From Synergistota bacterium (lineage in GTDB: Bacteria > Synergistota > GBS-1): 64,000 nucleotides of DNA. A program made the translations under genes and the position numbers. The notes beneath the pieces were generated by a model, which saw only the letters and a list, made by a program, of their open reading frames with translations, ran no database searches and was not told the DNA's origin. Positions 29,884-40,076 of this stretch are shown here, one piece after another. The DNA is taken from assembly GCA_021159885.1 (NCBI GenBank), contig JAGHDO010000068.1, positions 16,118-80,117 of the forward strand, given 5' to 3'. The first letter of the stretch is position 1; each line of letters starts with the position of its first letter.

Positions 29884-32800
29884 CTAAAGCAGGTGTCTAC
29901 GGAGTATGAGCAAGAAAACGGGAAGCGTAAGGAAAAAGCTTCCTATCCATCTCAGCTCCAGGGATCCAAAAGAGCATCCTCCACCGCTTTTCCGCATTAC
30001 TATAAGATCTTTCTCCACAACGGCGTATTGATTTGTGGAACCAAGAATTTTCATCACTATTTTATGAACCCCAGGTTCATCCGGTATAAGCGAAACTCTA
30101 ATCGGATGATAGCTATGAGGCTCTATTCCCGGTATATACTCCTGATCGAATATAACTTTGGTTCCATCAGGCTTCTCGTCGTAGAAATTAACAAAAGCAT
30201 CAACAACGCTCTGATCTGATGTGTTCTGTATATCCGCGAAGACATCCAGCCTTTCTCCTATCATCACCTTGGGCGAACTGAACTCCAGCTTACCATCGAG
30301 CTCCTTAAGCAAATCCTCTCCCGAATAAATCCCTACTACTGTCTGAGGCTTCGTGTAAACATACACATAGAACCATCCTTCATTATTGCTGTACTCATCT
30401 TCATTATCATGCTTAGGTATTTCTTTTATCTCATCATCTGGATCAAGCGTTACATGAATTTTATAAAGCCCATCGGGAACGTTAGAAATATCCCATGTTA
30501 TCTCAGCAAATTTCCAGTTCTTACCGTCACCAAAAGCCGGTATCTCATCAACGGTAACGGTCCCAATGGTAGTTCTGTTAGTCTCTTTTTGATGGACTGG
30601 ATCATACTTAGCATACTCAAACTTTACCTTAAGATCTTTAACCGTAACATCTGCATATGTGTTATATATCGCAAAGTTATATACCCTACACTTTATCGTA
30701 ACCTGCTTGGTCTCGTCCTTGTAAAGAACTTGACCCAAGGGATAACCGTTCTCATCACAGAAGAACATTCCCCTTATCTGCGTCGCATCAGGTGCGTCGT
30801 TCCTTTCCCACTCATCTTCCTCCGTTTCCTTATTTAACCTCACCCACTTCCAGAACTTGGGAAGAGCAAGCGCAGGATCGGGAGCTACACCATAGCGTGG
30901 TAGCCACCAGTTATTCAGGGTATCCTGGGAGATCTTAACCACGTAAGAAAGCTTTAGCAACCCGGTATCGGTTGTGTAAACAAACGGGTGTATCTCATAA
31001 CTGTATTCCGAGTTCAAAACCGGAACCTTGATGGTAAAACCGGATGTTTTTGTTATATCCGTCTCATTTATGGTCGTATTCGTAAAGCTATCATCCCACT
31101 TGAAACGAAGCTCACCGGATACCTTAACGCCAAATATCTTCTTTATCTTCCCTCCGAGGGAGATCGAGATATCCAGATCCTTCTGATTCTTCTTCTTAAA
31201 GATACTTTTATTTCCGTTTTTGACCTCATCCGTCCAAGAAACATCCCATGTAAATTTATCCCCTCCAAGCGTAAAGCTCGTTTCCTGAGTGAGGAGATTA
31301 TTTTCGTCAAAATCATCAATTTGAGAGGTATCCATTGGGTATGACATTAATATTCCATTAACGTGAACCGGTTGATACCATTCCAGATTCCTTCCAGGAA
31401 CGTTAGCCGTCTCAACCGGACCAGGAACCACAACCTGATAGAATATTTGATGGCCATCATCATCCTGACGACCTATTATGGGATATCGCCATATATCCAC
31501 CTCCTGACACCTAAAAGCAACATAATCATCAGTCTTCGTCGAAGCCTCTACGCCAGTTTCAGTCTCATCGAGTTCTTTCTGATAGGTTTCGTTCGTTTTA
31601 TACCAGGATTGGGTAAATTTCGCCTTAACACCCTCTTGGAATTTAAAGACCTTAAGATTTACTCCTCCCTTTTCGCCCACCTTTTCGCTTCTCGCGAAGC
31701 TACTATAGGTTTTCTGCTTAGTAGTAACAGCCGATTCTTGCGTATCCTTATCCTCAAACTCGGTATAAAGGAAGGACATTCTCGTGCAGTTTATGACCTT
31801 ATACTTCCCATCATCATCCTGCGTGTAATCAAGGTGTTTGGGGGGCTCCTGCATCACCACAAGAGGCGTGATCATCTTATCCATAACTATGTGCGTCGGA
31901 GGACCGAGAAGGAGACTATCATCATCCACATCACCTATGGTCATCGTTGCAAGAGCGTCGGGATTGAAATTGTCCGGTGTCACATCGGTTAGCACATAAT
32001 GTAAAGCATCGTTATAGAAATAGCAGGTAAGAAGACCGAGCTTGGAAGCAGAGCCGTCATATGATTGAAATTTAAGCAAAACATAAAGAGCGTTCTTTTG
32101 ATAGGGAGGATTAGTTGGCGTATATTCACCCGTTATATTACCGAAAGCAGAATCACACACCTCCATGTTAAACATCTGGAAATCCCTAAGACGCATCGTG
32201 ATATGTCTAACTTTAGAATCTTGGGGAGAAACGACAAAGAGATCACCCGATACCACGTCTTTATAAAAGTTAACGATTATAATCTCCTCATTACCGTCTC
32301 CGTCTATATCGCCAGATTTAACAGCCATACCCACAAATTCATCTTCATTAACATCACAGGACTCATCTATCCTCTTTCCAAATATCTTCTTTAGATGATT
32401 ATCATCCGTTACCTTATAGATTTCAACATGCGTGGGATTGAAGTAAGTATTTTCCCATTGAAGCGAAACTATCGCTATTTCATCTTTCCCATCATTATCA
32501 TAATCTCCCGCCGTTATTCCATAGAAAAATGGCCTATCAAGCGGATGAAGCTGGGTCTCCTCACTCAATATTTTGTCAAAGTCAAGCGTATCGGTATCAA
32601 ATTGAGTTTCGCACTTAAGCACAACAATTTTGTAGTTTTTATTATTTCCCTGAGGAATGAGAATCGCAACTTCTGGCATGCTATCTCCATCCACATCAGC
32701 AAGCGTGGCTAAGGGAGCGTAACCGTGCCAGTCCTCTCCAATACCAAGCACATCATAATCCGGTACAAAGGAGTTGAGCGATGAGAGATCACAAAGGGTT

Positions 32801-33363
32801 ACAGTACCATTGCCTTCTACCAATATCAAGAGCGCATCATATTCGCCATCACTATTCCAGTCATAAGCAACGATCGAGGGCCTGGTCAAAGAAATACCTC
32901 CATGGGGAAAATCAAATTTATCTTTAATTTCTCCTTCCTCGCTAAAATAAGCTATGCTAACATCGGTTCTATTCGAATCATCCATCCCCGCTAATACGAA
33001 TAGAGAGTCATCGGCATACACGGTGCTTCTGGAATATCCTTGTAGGAAAATAGACGCTGGATATTTCTTATAATTAGTAGCTTTCCACGGCAGAGAAATG
33101 GTGTTAACGGTAAAACTGCTATCCTTATATGGAAAACTCTTTTTATCGCGGGGATTTAGTATATGCAAGGTAACTGACCCGCTTTTAGGATCCAAAGTGG
33201 CGATGAATATCTCCTTATCCTCCGCTACGCTATATTTCCCAGCGTAGGGATCGTTCGAGGCAAGCCTATCAGCAAAAGATGTCCCGACGATAAGAAGCGC
33301 AAACAGGATTACGATTACGACTATCCCCATGCTCTTAACCGCTTTCTTCCAGACACAGGACAT
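29884..33363 (-). CDS. large secreted FG-GAP/VCBS-repeat protein with CARDB-like domains and a GGGC-type C-terminal sorting signal
   Basis: Signal peptide; DWNSDG, DVDGDS, DYDNDG, DIDGDG and DVDDDS repeats; DPDDEIKE..N.YSNNEG; C-terminus SGGGC-TM-RR. Confidence 0.8.
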   Translation of the reverse strand: MSCVWKKAVKSMGIVVIVILFALLIVGTSFADRLASNDPYAGKYSVAEDKEIFIATLDPKSGSVTLHILNPRDKKSFPYKDSSFTVNTISLPWKATNYKKYPASIFLQGYSRSTVYADDSLFVLAGMDDSNRTDVSIAYFSEEGEIKDKFDFPHGGISLTRPSIVAYDWNSDGEYDALLILVEGNGTVTLCDLSSLNSFVPDYDVLGIGEDWHGYAPLATLADVDGDSMPEVAILIPQGNNKNYKIVVLKCETQFDTDTLDFDKILSEETQLHPLDRPFFYGITAGDYDNDGKDEIAIVSLQWENTYFNPTHVEIYKVTDDNHLKKIFGKRIDESCDVNEDEFVGMAVKSGDIDGDGNEEIIIVNFYKDVVSGDLFVVSPQDSKVRHITMRLRDFQMFNMEVCDSAFGNITGEYTPTNPPYQKNALYVLLKFQSYDGSASKLGLLTCYFYNDALHYVLTDVTPDNFNPDALATMTIGDVDDDSLLLGPPTHIVMDKMITPLVVMQEPPKHLDYTQDDDGKYKVINCTRMSFLYTEFEDKDTQESAVTTKQKTYSSFARSEKVGEKGGVNLKVFKFQEGVKAKFTQSWYKTNETYQKELDETETGVEASTKTDDYVAFRCQEVDIWRYPIIGRQDDDGHQIFYQVVVPGPVETANVPGRNLEWYQPVHVNGILMSYPMDTSQIDDFDENNLLTQETSFTLGGDKFTWDVSWTDEVKNGNKSIFKKKNQKDLDISISLGGKIKKIFGVKVSGELRFKWDDSFTNTTINETDITKTSGFTIKVPVLNSEYSYEIHPFVYTTDTGLLKLSYVVKISQDTLNNWWLPRYGVAPDPALALPKFWKWVRLNKETEEDEWERNDAPDATQIRGMFFCDENGYPLGQVLYKDETKQVTIKCRVYNFAIYNTYADVTVKDLKVKFEYAKYDPVHQKETNRTTIGTVTVDEIPAFGDGKNWKFAEITWDISNVPDGLYKIHVTLDPDDEIKEIPKHDNEDEYSNNEGWFYVYVYTKPQTVVGIYSGEDLLKELDGKLEFSSPKVMIGERLDVFADIQNTSDQSVVDAFVNFYDEKPDGTKVIFDQEYIPGIEPHSYHPIRVSLIPDEPGVHKIVMKILGSTNQYAVVEKDLIVMRKSGGGCSFGSLELRWIGSFFLTLPVFLLILRRHLL

Positions 33364-33506
33364 TTTCGCTCACCTCTTTTATGGAATTGATAAAATAATA
33401 AATGAAGATGAGTCCAAATCGATGCCATAGGAGGATTTCCTCACCAATATTTTATCACAAGTCTTTATAGGTGTAATAGTTAAAAAGGAAAGGAGTGTTT
33501 TCAAAC

Positions 33507-34202
33507 ATGAAGGTTGTATTATTTGATGTAGATAATACGATGATTAAAAGCACAAAAGCTCATACAAGAGCTTTTATTGAAGGCTTATCCAATGTTTTCG
33601 GAATCGATTTTAAAGAAGAAGATTTCGAAAATGCAGGCCCTCCGGGCATGACGGATCTTGAAATAGCAATCGTGGCAGGTGAAAGAAGAGGAATATCACG
33701 AGAGGAAATTTTGAGAAAAATGAAAGAGATCTCGAACGCAATGGCTGAAAGCTTTGCTAAAAGTATCGAAAAGGGAGAATTGGAACTCCTTCCCGGCGTT
33801 AGAAATCTGCTTGAGGAGCTTAAAGCTCGCTCATTTACCCTCGGCGTCATGACAGGAAACTTCGAAAAGATAGCATGGATAAAGTTAAAGAGGGCAAAGA
33901 TAGATGGATTCTTCTCATTTGGAATCTTTGGTGGAGAAGCAGAAAACAAATCGATGATGGGAAAAGTAGCGATGAAAAAAATAAGAGGGCTCTTTGGCAA
34001 AGAGCCCTCTTTCATTTGCATAATAGGAGATACCCCAAGGGATGTAGAAGCCGGAAAGTTAATCGGTGCGAAGACAATCGCTGTAGCAACAGGAAGCGCA
34101 ACGGAAAGAGAACTTAAACAAGCGAAGCCAGATCTTCTTCTTAAAAACCTGGAAGATCACATTTTTATCCTAATCTGGATAGTTAAAGCCAGCGAGGCTT
34201 GA
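33507..34202 (+). CDS. HAD-superfamily phosphatase
   Basis: Motif I FDVDNT, motif II TGN, motif IV IGDTPRDV. Confidence 0.88.
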   Translation: MKVVLFDVDNTMIKSTKAHTRAFIEGLSNVFGIDFKEEDFENAGPPGMTDLEIAIVAGERRGISREEILRKMKEISNAMAESFAKSIEKGELELLPGVRNLLEELKARSFTLGVMTGNFEKIAWIKLKRAKIDGFFSFGIFGGEAENKSMMGKVAMKKIRGLFGKEPSFICIIGDTPRDVEAGKLIGAKTIAVATGSATERELKQAKPDLLLKNLEDHIFILIWIVKASEA

Positions 34203-35331
34203 GACCCGCCCAAGATCTTACCTTTTCGTAAGCTATTATTCTCGGTATATTAGGTTTATCGCTGGGACCGGGATTCTTCATGTAGAAGGCGTTTACCTCA
34301 TATACCGTTCCGGAAAGGCCTCTTTCGACGGCTATTTTACCAAGTCTGACCAGATCAACTATCAAGCCAGCAAGGGCAGGACTGTCATTTATTCTCGCAT
34401 TGACTATGAGCTCATCAACCGCTCCGTTAAAGCTAACATATTCCATATGAAGTGAAACAAACTTCTTATCTCCCAGAGATTCTATATAGCCAGTAGGCTT
34501 TATATAGTGAGGAGCATCGTAGCCGAGAATATCCTTAACTATGCTGGATTTGGTCTCCTCCTTGCTCTTGTTTCTATCCCTATCGGTTAGCGCGAGAAAA
34601 TCCATATTCCCACCTATATTAAACTGAGCAACATCTCTAACAAGCCTATTTCTTTGAGCCTGATGGGCAAGAAGATCAGCGGTAAGTGGAGTTGCTCCAG
34701 TAGCTCCATCATCTCCAAAAACGACGAGATTATGCTCCTCAGCAAGTTTAAGCATAATAGGATCATTGGCGAGAAGAGTGGGAATCGTATTTACGAAGGC
34801 ACATCCCCCACGCTCCTTAGCATAAAGACAAGCAGCATAGAAGTACGCTTGGGTTGCGGTTAACCTCTCTTTATCGCTTTTCTCTATTGCTTCGAGAAAC
34901 TCCTCCCTGCTCGAAAAAATCTTAAAAGACTCAGTCGTGCAGACGTTAACCAAGGCATCTACGCCGAGTTCCTTCCACTCATGGACGAGCTCCTCAATCG
35001 CTTCCCTAAGTGGTTTCTCATCCTCCCTACCACGCGCTTCGACCGGAAGATTCCTAAGGCTTCCTAAGTGTATCCCTCTCCTTATTCGAACGCCTCCTAA
35101 TGTCTCAAATATCTTCCCATTCCAGTACTTTTTAACCACATCTTGAAGCGTGAGTCCCACCTTGGAATCATCAACGTCATAGCTTCCCACTATCTCTATC
35201 TCTTCCACCCTGATGGGAAGCTCATCCCTAAGCGGAATCCCTGCATATCCGAGCTCACCTCTCTTTATCCTTTCAACCCCAACCGCAAATACGCTTCCAA
35301 CGAAACCTTGCCCCAAAATAGCTACCCTCAC
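34183..35331 (-). CDS. ino1: myo-inositol-1-phosphate synthase (Thermococcales/Thermotoga type)
   Basis: GQGFVG, GDDGATGATP, QFNIGGNMDFLAL, NDSPALAG. GTG start at 35331 after GGAGGTG. Confidence 0.93.
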   Translation of the reverse strand: MRVAILGQGFVGSVFAVGVERIKRGELGYAGIPLRDELPIRVEEIEIVGSYDVDDSKVGLTLQDVVKKYWNGKIFETLGGVRIRRGIHLGSLRNLPVEARGREDEKPLREAIEELVHEWKELGVDALVNVCTTESFKIFSSREEFLEAIEKSDKERLTATQAYFYAACLYAKERGGCAFVNTIPTLLANDPIMLKLAEEHNLVVFGDDGATGATPLTADLLAHQAQRNRLVRDVAQFNIGGNMDFLALTDRDRNKSKEETKSSIVKDILGYDAPHYIKPTGYIESLGDKKFVSLHMEYVSFNGAVDELIVNARINDSPALAGLIVDLVRLGKIAVERGLSGTVYEVNAFYMKNPGPSDKPNIPRIIAYEKVRSWAGLKPRWL

Positions 35332-35338
35332 GAAAAGA

Positions 35339-36625
35339 TCACCTCCTTGAGAAGTTTTCTCTATTCCATCTCCAAACAAAACAGATGGTTAAAAGAACCC
35401 TTATATTCGTGAGAACCGCAAGAACCCAGAAAAGCTCCTCAAGGAGCCCAAAGGCGCAGAAAAGCATCGTCAAGAATATCCTCTCATCCCTCTTACCAGA
35501 AAGATATCTCAGCGGTTCTATCTCTTTGTAAGCATCTTTCCCATAAGCCCCCTTGAATCTTTCCGTGGAGTAGCTCACCATTACTGAGCCAAATATCGCG
35601 AGAGCGATAACGTGAAGATACGAGCTGGGAAGCCCATAAGCCAGAGCGAGAAGAAAGAAAAAATCAACAAACCTATCTAAGAGCGAATCGAGCCAGCCCC
35701 CAAATTTGCTCTCCCTTAGAGAAGCTCTCGCTATCTCTCCATCAACTCCATCAAGTATTGAGCTCAACTGGTATATTACCCCTCCCCATAGAGGAGAAAA
35801 GTATGCCACCAGAGCCGAAAACATGCCGATTAGGAATGAAATCCAAGTCATACCATCTGGTGTAATAAACTCACAAACCTTTTCTGAAACCCACGTCGAT
35901 ATCCTTCTATTTATCAGCCTTGAGATTACTCCATCTCCCACTCCCTTAACTGAATTTTTTATTATAGCCTTACGCAGTACTGAAAGCTCTTCCGGTGTAT
36001 CAGCATCCATCCAGAAGAAACCAGAAACTTCTGAAACTTTAACACGCGCTTCTTTCATGATCTCACTTAGCTCCACGCTTTCATGGCGTGAAACAAGCTC
36101 AGACGCTACCCTGAAAATATCATCGCTCAGAACAAAAAAGCCCGTATCAAGAGCATCGTAAACCTCAAGTTTCTTCCCTATGTCCACCACCCTACCATCT
36201 TTTATCCTTACCTTCGTAGCCTCCGCATGATCCACAAATCTGCCAATCCTATCAACTATGAGTCCCTCTCCACAAACTGCTCTTTCGATGAAATCTCTCT
36301 CATAAACGTGATCACTCATTATTAGAATGAACTTCCCATCAACGTAATCCTTAGCGAGATAAAGAGAATAACCGTTTCCCCTTTCGGGATAGTCATTAAG
36401 AACTACCCTTCCACTGAAACCATTCCTTTTCATAAACTTCTCATAAGCTTCCTTAAAAGCAGGAACCGTTATTACTACAAAATCATTAAAACCAAGATCT
36501 TTAAGATACCTCATCGTCCTATAAACGAGCTCTCTACCCGCTACTCTGATAAGCCCCTTGGGCATCCTTCCAGAAAGATCGCGCATTCGGGTAGCGAGAC
36601 CCGCAGCGAGAAGAACAACCTTCAT
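35339..36625 (-). CDS. bifunctional inositol-1-P cytidylyltransferase / DIPP synthase (IPCT/DIPPS)
   Basis: NTP-transferase domain (LAAGLATRM, DTGFF) fused to a CDP-alcohol phosphotransferase (DGVDGEIARA..G..LDS..DR); upstream of ino1. Confidence 0.92.
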   Translation of the reverse strand: MKVVLLAAGLATRMRDLSGRMPKGLIRVAGRELVYRTMRYLKDLGFNDFVVITVPAFKEAYEKFMKRNGFSGRVVLNDYPERGNGYSLYLAKDYVDGKFILIMSDHVYERDFIERAVCGEGLIVDRIGRFVDHAEATKVRIKDGRVVDIGKKLEVYDALDTGFFVLSDDIFRVASELVSRHESVELSEIMKEARVKVSEVSGFFWMDADTPEELSVLRKAIIKNSVKGVGDGVISRLINRRISTWVSEKVCEFITPDGMTWISFLIGMFSALVAYFSPLWGGVIYQLSSILDGVDGEIARASLRESKFGGWLDSLLDRFVDFFFLLALAYGLPSSYLHVIALAIFGSVMVSYSTERFKGAYGKDAYKEIEPLRYLSGKRDERIFLTMLFCAFGLLEELFWVLAVLTNIRVLLTICFVWRWNRENFSRR

Positions 36626-36736
36626 GGCAATCCCCTCCAAAAAGACGCTAAAAGAGGGTGGTTCCTTAAAAAGCAAACGTTCCCGCCAAAGGGGAAGAAA
36701 AAAAGAGAGAAAATTTGGAGAGTGTAATCCGTACTT

Positions 36737-36766
36737 AATATAGCATTAGTGCTATTTAGATGTCAA
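36737..36766 (-). promoter_or_regulatory. promoter of the IPCT/DIPPS-ino1 operon, with a palindrome overlapping the spacer
   Basis: TTGACA-N18-TATATT; ATAGCATTAGTGCTAT at 36740-36755. Confidence 0.55.
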
Positions 36767-36796
36767 GAGATACAAAAGCACCGTTTCATTAGAAGC

Positions 36797-36825
36797 TTGA
36801 CTTTGCGAAAGATTTTTGCTATCCT
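36797..36825 (+). promoter_or_regulatory. promoter of the glpK operon
   Basis: TTGACT-N17-TATCCT with extended -10 TG; near-identical copy at 47565-47593 (minus strand). Confidence 0.7.
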
Positions 36826-36840
36826 TTATTACAAAGACAT

Positions 36841-36906
36841 ATATTGACCTAAGTGGCGGAGAGTAGGTGAAAGCCACATCTCGCATGAGGTGTGGCTTTT
36901 CGTTTT
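36841..36906 (+). promoter_or_regulatory. GlpP-type attenuator leader of glpK
   Basis: Terminator AAAGCCACATCTC-GCAT-GAGGTGTGGCTTT plus TCGTTTT; upstream GTGGC can pair with GCCAC as an alternative; glpP is nearby. Confidence 0.75.
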
Positions 36907-37001
36907 GGGGATTTAAGAGAAAATGTCAATGCGAAGGGAGGTGATATCAAGGAAAAAGGTTGCTTACCCTTGTGGGTAAGCGCTTTACGCAAAAACCTTA
37001 A

Positions 37002-38537
<1,536 letters not shown>

Positions 38538-38549
38538 TAACTTCAAACG

Positions 38550-40076
38550 ATGGATTCCGATAAGAGGGAAACCAAAAAGGTAGCAATAATAGGAGCGGGA
38601 ATAGTAGGAACGGCGATAGCGCGTCTATTAAGCCAATATGAAAATCTTGAAGTGCATATACTTGAGAAAAACGCTGATGTGGGATGGGGAGCAAGCAAGG
38701 CTAACACCGCTATAATACATCCCGGACATGAGGAGGACCCGGATAAACACCCTCTAAGAGCCAAACTCTGCGTTAGAGGAAACAGAATCTGGCACAGCTG
38801 GGTAAAAGAGCTCGATATCCCCGCGAAGTGGCCAGGCGAGCTCATGCTCGCTTTTTCCAAAGAAGATCTTGAAACCGCAGAGCACTATCTCGAGTTAGGA
38901 GAGAAAAATGGTGTTCCAGGCGTAAGACTTGTCTATGGGGAAGAGCTAAGAGGGCTTGAACCTAATGTAAGCCCGAATGCTGTTGGAGCCCTCTGGGCTC
39001 CAACAGCAGGGCAATTAGCACCATGGGAAGCTATTATAGCCTTAACGGAAAACGCCGTCTCTAACGGCGCAAAGCTTCACACTGAGACTGAGGTTAGGAG
39101 AATCAAAATAGAAAATGGAAAAGTAAAGGGAGTTGAGACGAACAATGGATTCATTGAAGCAGATATAGTGATAAACGCAGCAGGTCTTTATGCTGATCAA
39201 ATATCAAAATCCGCAGGCATAGATTTCGAGATCCACCCAAGAAAAGGAGAGTATTACCTCTTTGAGGAAGATGCCTTCCCAAAGGTAAATAGAATTGTTC
39301 ATCAAACCCCTACTCCAATAACTAAAGGGGTATATTTAGCCACTACAGTGGAGGGCAATCTTATGATCGGTCCCACAGCAGAGGATTTGCCCGTTGAAGC
39401 GAAAGAGGACACATCAACAAGCAAAAAGGGGTTGTCCTTCGTCTGGGAATGGGCACAAAAGCTGGTAGCAGAGCTACCATCCAAGGGAAGAGTTATGAAA
39501 ACATTCGCAGGTTTGAGACCAGAACCCCCTGATGGACACTGGATAATAGAAGCATATGATCGTCCATGGGGATTCGTAAATGCAGCGGGAATGAGATCTC
39601 CTGCACTTGCGTCAGCCCCAGCTATAGCAGAATATGTAGTTGAAGAGCTCTTAAGGAAAAAGCTTAAGCTGAACCTCAGGAAAAAGGAAAACTGGAACCC
39701 ATACAGAAAGGGAATAAGGCGTTTTAAGGAAGCCTCCGAGGAAGAAAAGGAAAAGCTCATAAGGGAAAATCCAAAGTATGGCAATGTGGTCTGTATGTGC
39801 AAGGAAGTTAGTGAAGCAGAGATAATAGAAGCTATAGAGAGAATGCAAAGGATTGGTATAAAAACCATAACCTTAGATGGCATAAAGTTCAGAACTACAT
39901 CTATGTTTGGCTGGTGCCAGGGATCGTTCTGCAGAATTCGAATAGCGAAAATAGTGTCAGAAAAACTCGGTATACCCCTATGGGATATAGCAATAAAGGA
40001 TCGAAAAGTTAGCTACGGACTCGGAAATGTAAAGACCTTCTTCGTAGATAGCAAAGGGGTTGAGAAAAATGCGTGA
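38550..40076 (+). CDS. FAD-dependent glycerol-3-phosphate dehydrogenase, catalytic subunit with BFD-like [2Fe-2S] domain
   Basis: GAGIVG, SKANTAIIH, CMCKEV and CQGSFC; follows glpK. Confidence 0.85.
   Translation: MDSDKRETKKVAIIGAGIVGTAIARLLSQYENLEVHILEKNADVGWGASKANTAIIHPGHEEDPDKHPLRAKLCVRGNRIWHSWVKELDIPAKWPGELMLAFSKEDLETAEHYLELGEKNGVPGVRLVYGEELRGLEPNVSPNAVGALWAPTAGQLAPWEAIIALTENAVSNGAKLHTETEVRRIKIENGKVKGVETNNGFIEADIVINAAGLYADQISKSAGIDFEIHPRKGEYYLFEEDAFPKVNRIVHQTPTPITKGVYLATTVEGNLMIGPTAEDLPVEAKEDTSTSKKGLSFVWEWAQKLVAELPSKGRVMKTFAGLRPEPPDGHWIIEAYDRPWGFVNAAGMRSPALASAPAIAEYVVEELLRKKLKLNLRKKENWNPYRKGIRRFKEASEEEKEKLIRENPKYGNVVCMCKEVSEAEIIEAIERMQRIGIKTITLDGIKFRTTSMFGWCQGSFCRIRIAKIVSEKLGIPLWDIAIKDRKVSYGLGNVKTFFVDSKGVEKNA

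Noticed and set aside
33364-33494. Riboswitch in the intergenic region upstream of the FG-GAP protein
   Set aside because: Only a small GAGGA/TCCTC hairpin; no recognisable aptamer consensus.
36740-36755. CIRCE element
   Set aside because: The half-sites are similar but the TTAGCACTC-N9-GAGTGCTAA spacing is not met; kept only as an unassigned palindrome.
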